Positions 31,529-32,000 of a DNA stretch of 32,000 nucleotides are shown here, piece after piece. The notes under the pieces were generated by a model. That model saw only the letters and a list, made by a program, of their open reading frames with translations. It was not told the DNA's origin and ran no database searches. The position numbers were made by a program, and so were the translations under genes. Source of the DNA: Candidatus Saccharimonadota bacterium (GTDB lineage: Bacteria; Patescibacteriota; Microgenomatia; UBA1406; GWC2-37-13); the NCBI GenBank assembly GCA_001790095.1, contig MGBH01000001.1:360001-392000 (forward strand), given 5' to 3'. The first letter of the stretch is position 1; every line of letters starts with the position of its first letter.

Positions 31529-32000
31529 ATGAGAAAAATTTCTCTTCTCATGATCACCAAGAACTCAGATACATTACTAGAACAATCGCTTCATTCGGTG
31601 ATGGATTTTATCGATGAAATCGTCATAGTAGATGATGGATCAACAGATGATACGTTATCCATTGCAAAAAAATACAAGGCAACCATTTATTCAAGACACA
31701 ACTTAGATCTAGGAAGTCAGAGAGCGTATGGACTTGAGAAATGTAGGGGAGAATGGATATTGATGCTTGACGCAGATGAGATCGTAACAGATGAGTTGTC
31801 ACAAGATATTAAACGCGTTATTTCAAATAACAGACTAAAAAGCAACACTGTAGGTTACTATATTCCTTACCAAAATCATTTTTTAGGTAAACCAATCTAT
31901 CATGGTGGGGAGAATTACAAGATTTTAAGATTATTTAAAAGAGAAGCTGCTGTTATTTTCAATAATGTCATTCACGAACATGTAAAAGTAAAGGGGATAA
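31529..32000 (+). CDS. Family 2 glycosyltransferase (5' partial; runs off the window)
   Basis: MRKISLLMITKNSDTLLEQSLHSVMDFIDEIVIVDDGSTDDT...LMLDADE shows the GT2 DxD and DDGS signatures. The frame is open to the window end. Confidence 0.8.
   Translation, partial: MRKISLLMITKNSDTLLEQSLHSVMDFIDEIVIVDDGSTDDTLSIAKKYKATIYSRHNLDLGSQRAYGLEKCRGEWILMLDADEIVTDELSQDIKRVISNNRLKSNTVGYYIPYQNHFLGKPIYHGGENYKILRLFKREAAVIFNNVIHEHVKVKGI

Noticed and set aside
1-32000. Alternative genetic code (UGA recoded, as in Gracilibacteria/SR1)
   Set aside because: UGA clearly terminates well-defined genes. The ileS stop at 8557-8559 forms ATGA with rodA, and the stop of the 1171-aa ORF at 15199-15201 forms ATGA with the next gene. 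All conserved proteins are full length under the standard code.

Overview
Low-GC, tightly packed bacterial window with many 4-50 nt gene overlaps, few Shine-Dalgarno sites and UGA used as a stop. The style fits a small-genome uncultivated lineage such as CPR/Patescibacteria, but that placement is inference only.

Layout:
- 1-13.9 kb, housekeeping, mostly + strand: murD 3' end, ftsW, murG, ftsQ, ftsA, ftsZ, ileS, rodA, a small membrane protein, rplU-rpmA, a ParB-like HTH protein, lepB (-), tRNA-Val(CAC), folC and a class I glutamine amidotransferase.
- 13.9-25.5 kb, a minus-strand cell-surface locus, the most unusual part. It runs ECF sigma, then a membrane protein with an (HPx)7 tail, then a 1376-aa LPGTG protein, a sortase, a small TasA/camelysin-like protein, and an 1171-aa ORF with an archaeal/ER-type (SipW-like) signal peptidase at its N-terminus. 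It ends with a 415-aa secreted protein carrying a TasA-like domain and a polytopic C-terminus.
- 25.5-32 kb: a secreted beta-propeller plus LCAT-like lipase protein, two divergent Zn-ribbon methyltransferases, a DUF2142-like GT-C membrane protein and a GT2 glycosyltransferase (5' partial).

Main observations:
- Both giant ORFs contain complete sorting signals at internal positions where a gene boundary would be expected. One is a SipW-class signal peptide after the SipW domain. The other is an LPGTG-TM-KK signal followed by a second signal-like helix.
- The giant passenger and the small TasA-like protein share a predicted mature N-terminus, LF.SS.TASGVTF. This suggests a donor-strand fibre with a membrane anchor and a tip adhesin.
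- Several genes appear leaderless, with a -10 box 6-8 nt before the ATG. The TasA-like gene instead has the only strong SD in the window.

All family calls rest on motif recognition by eye; no database search was possible.
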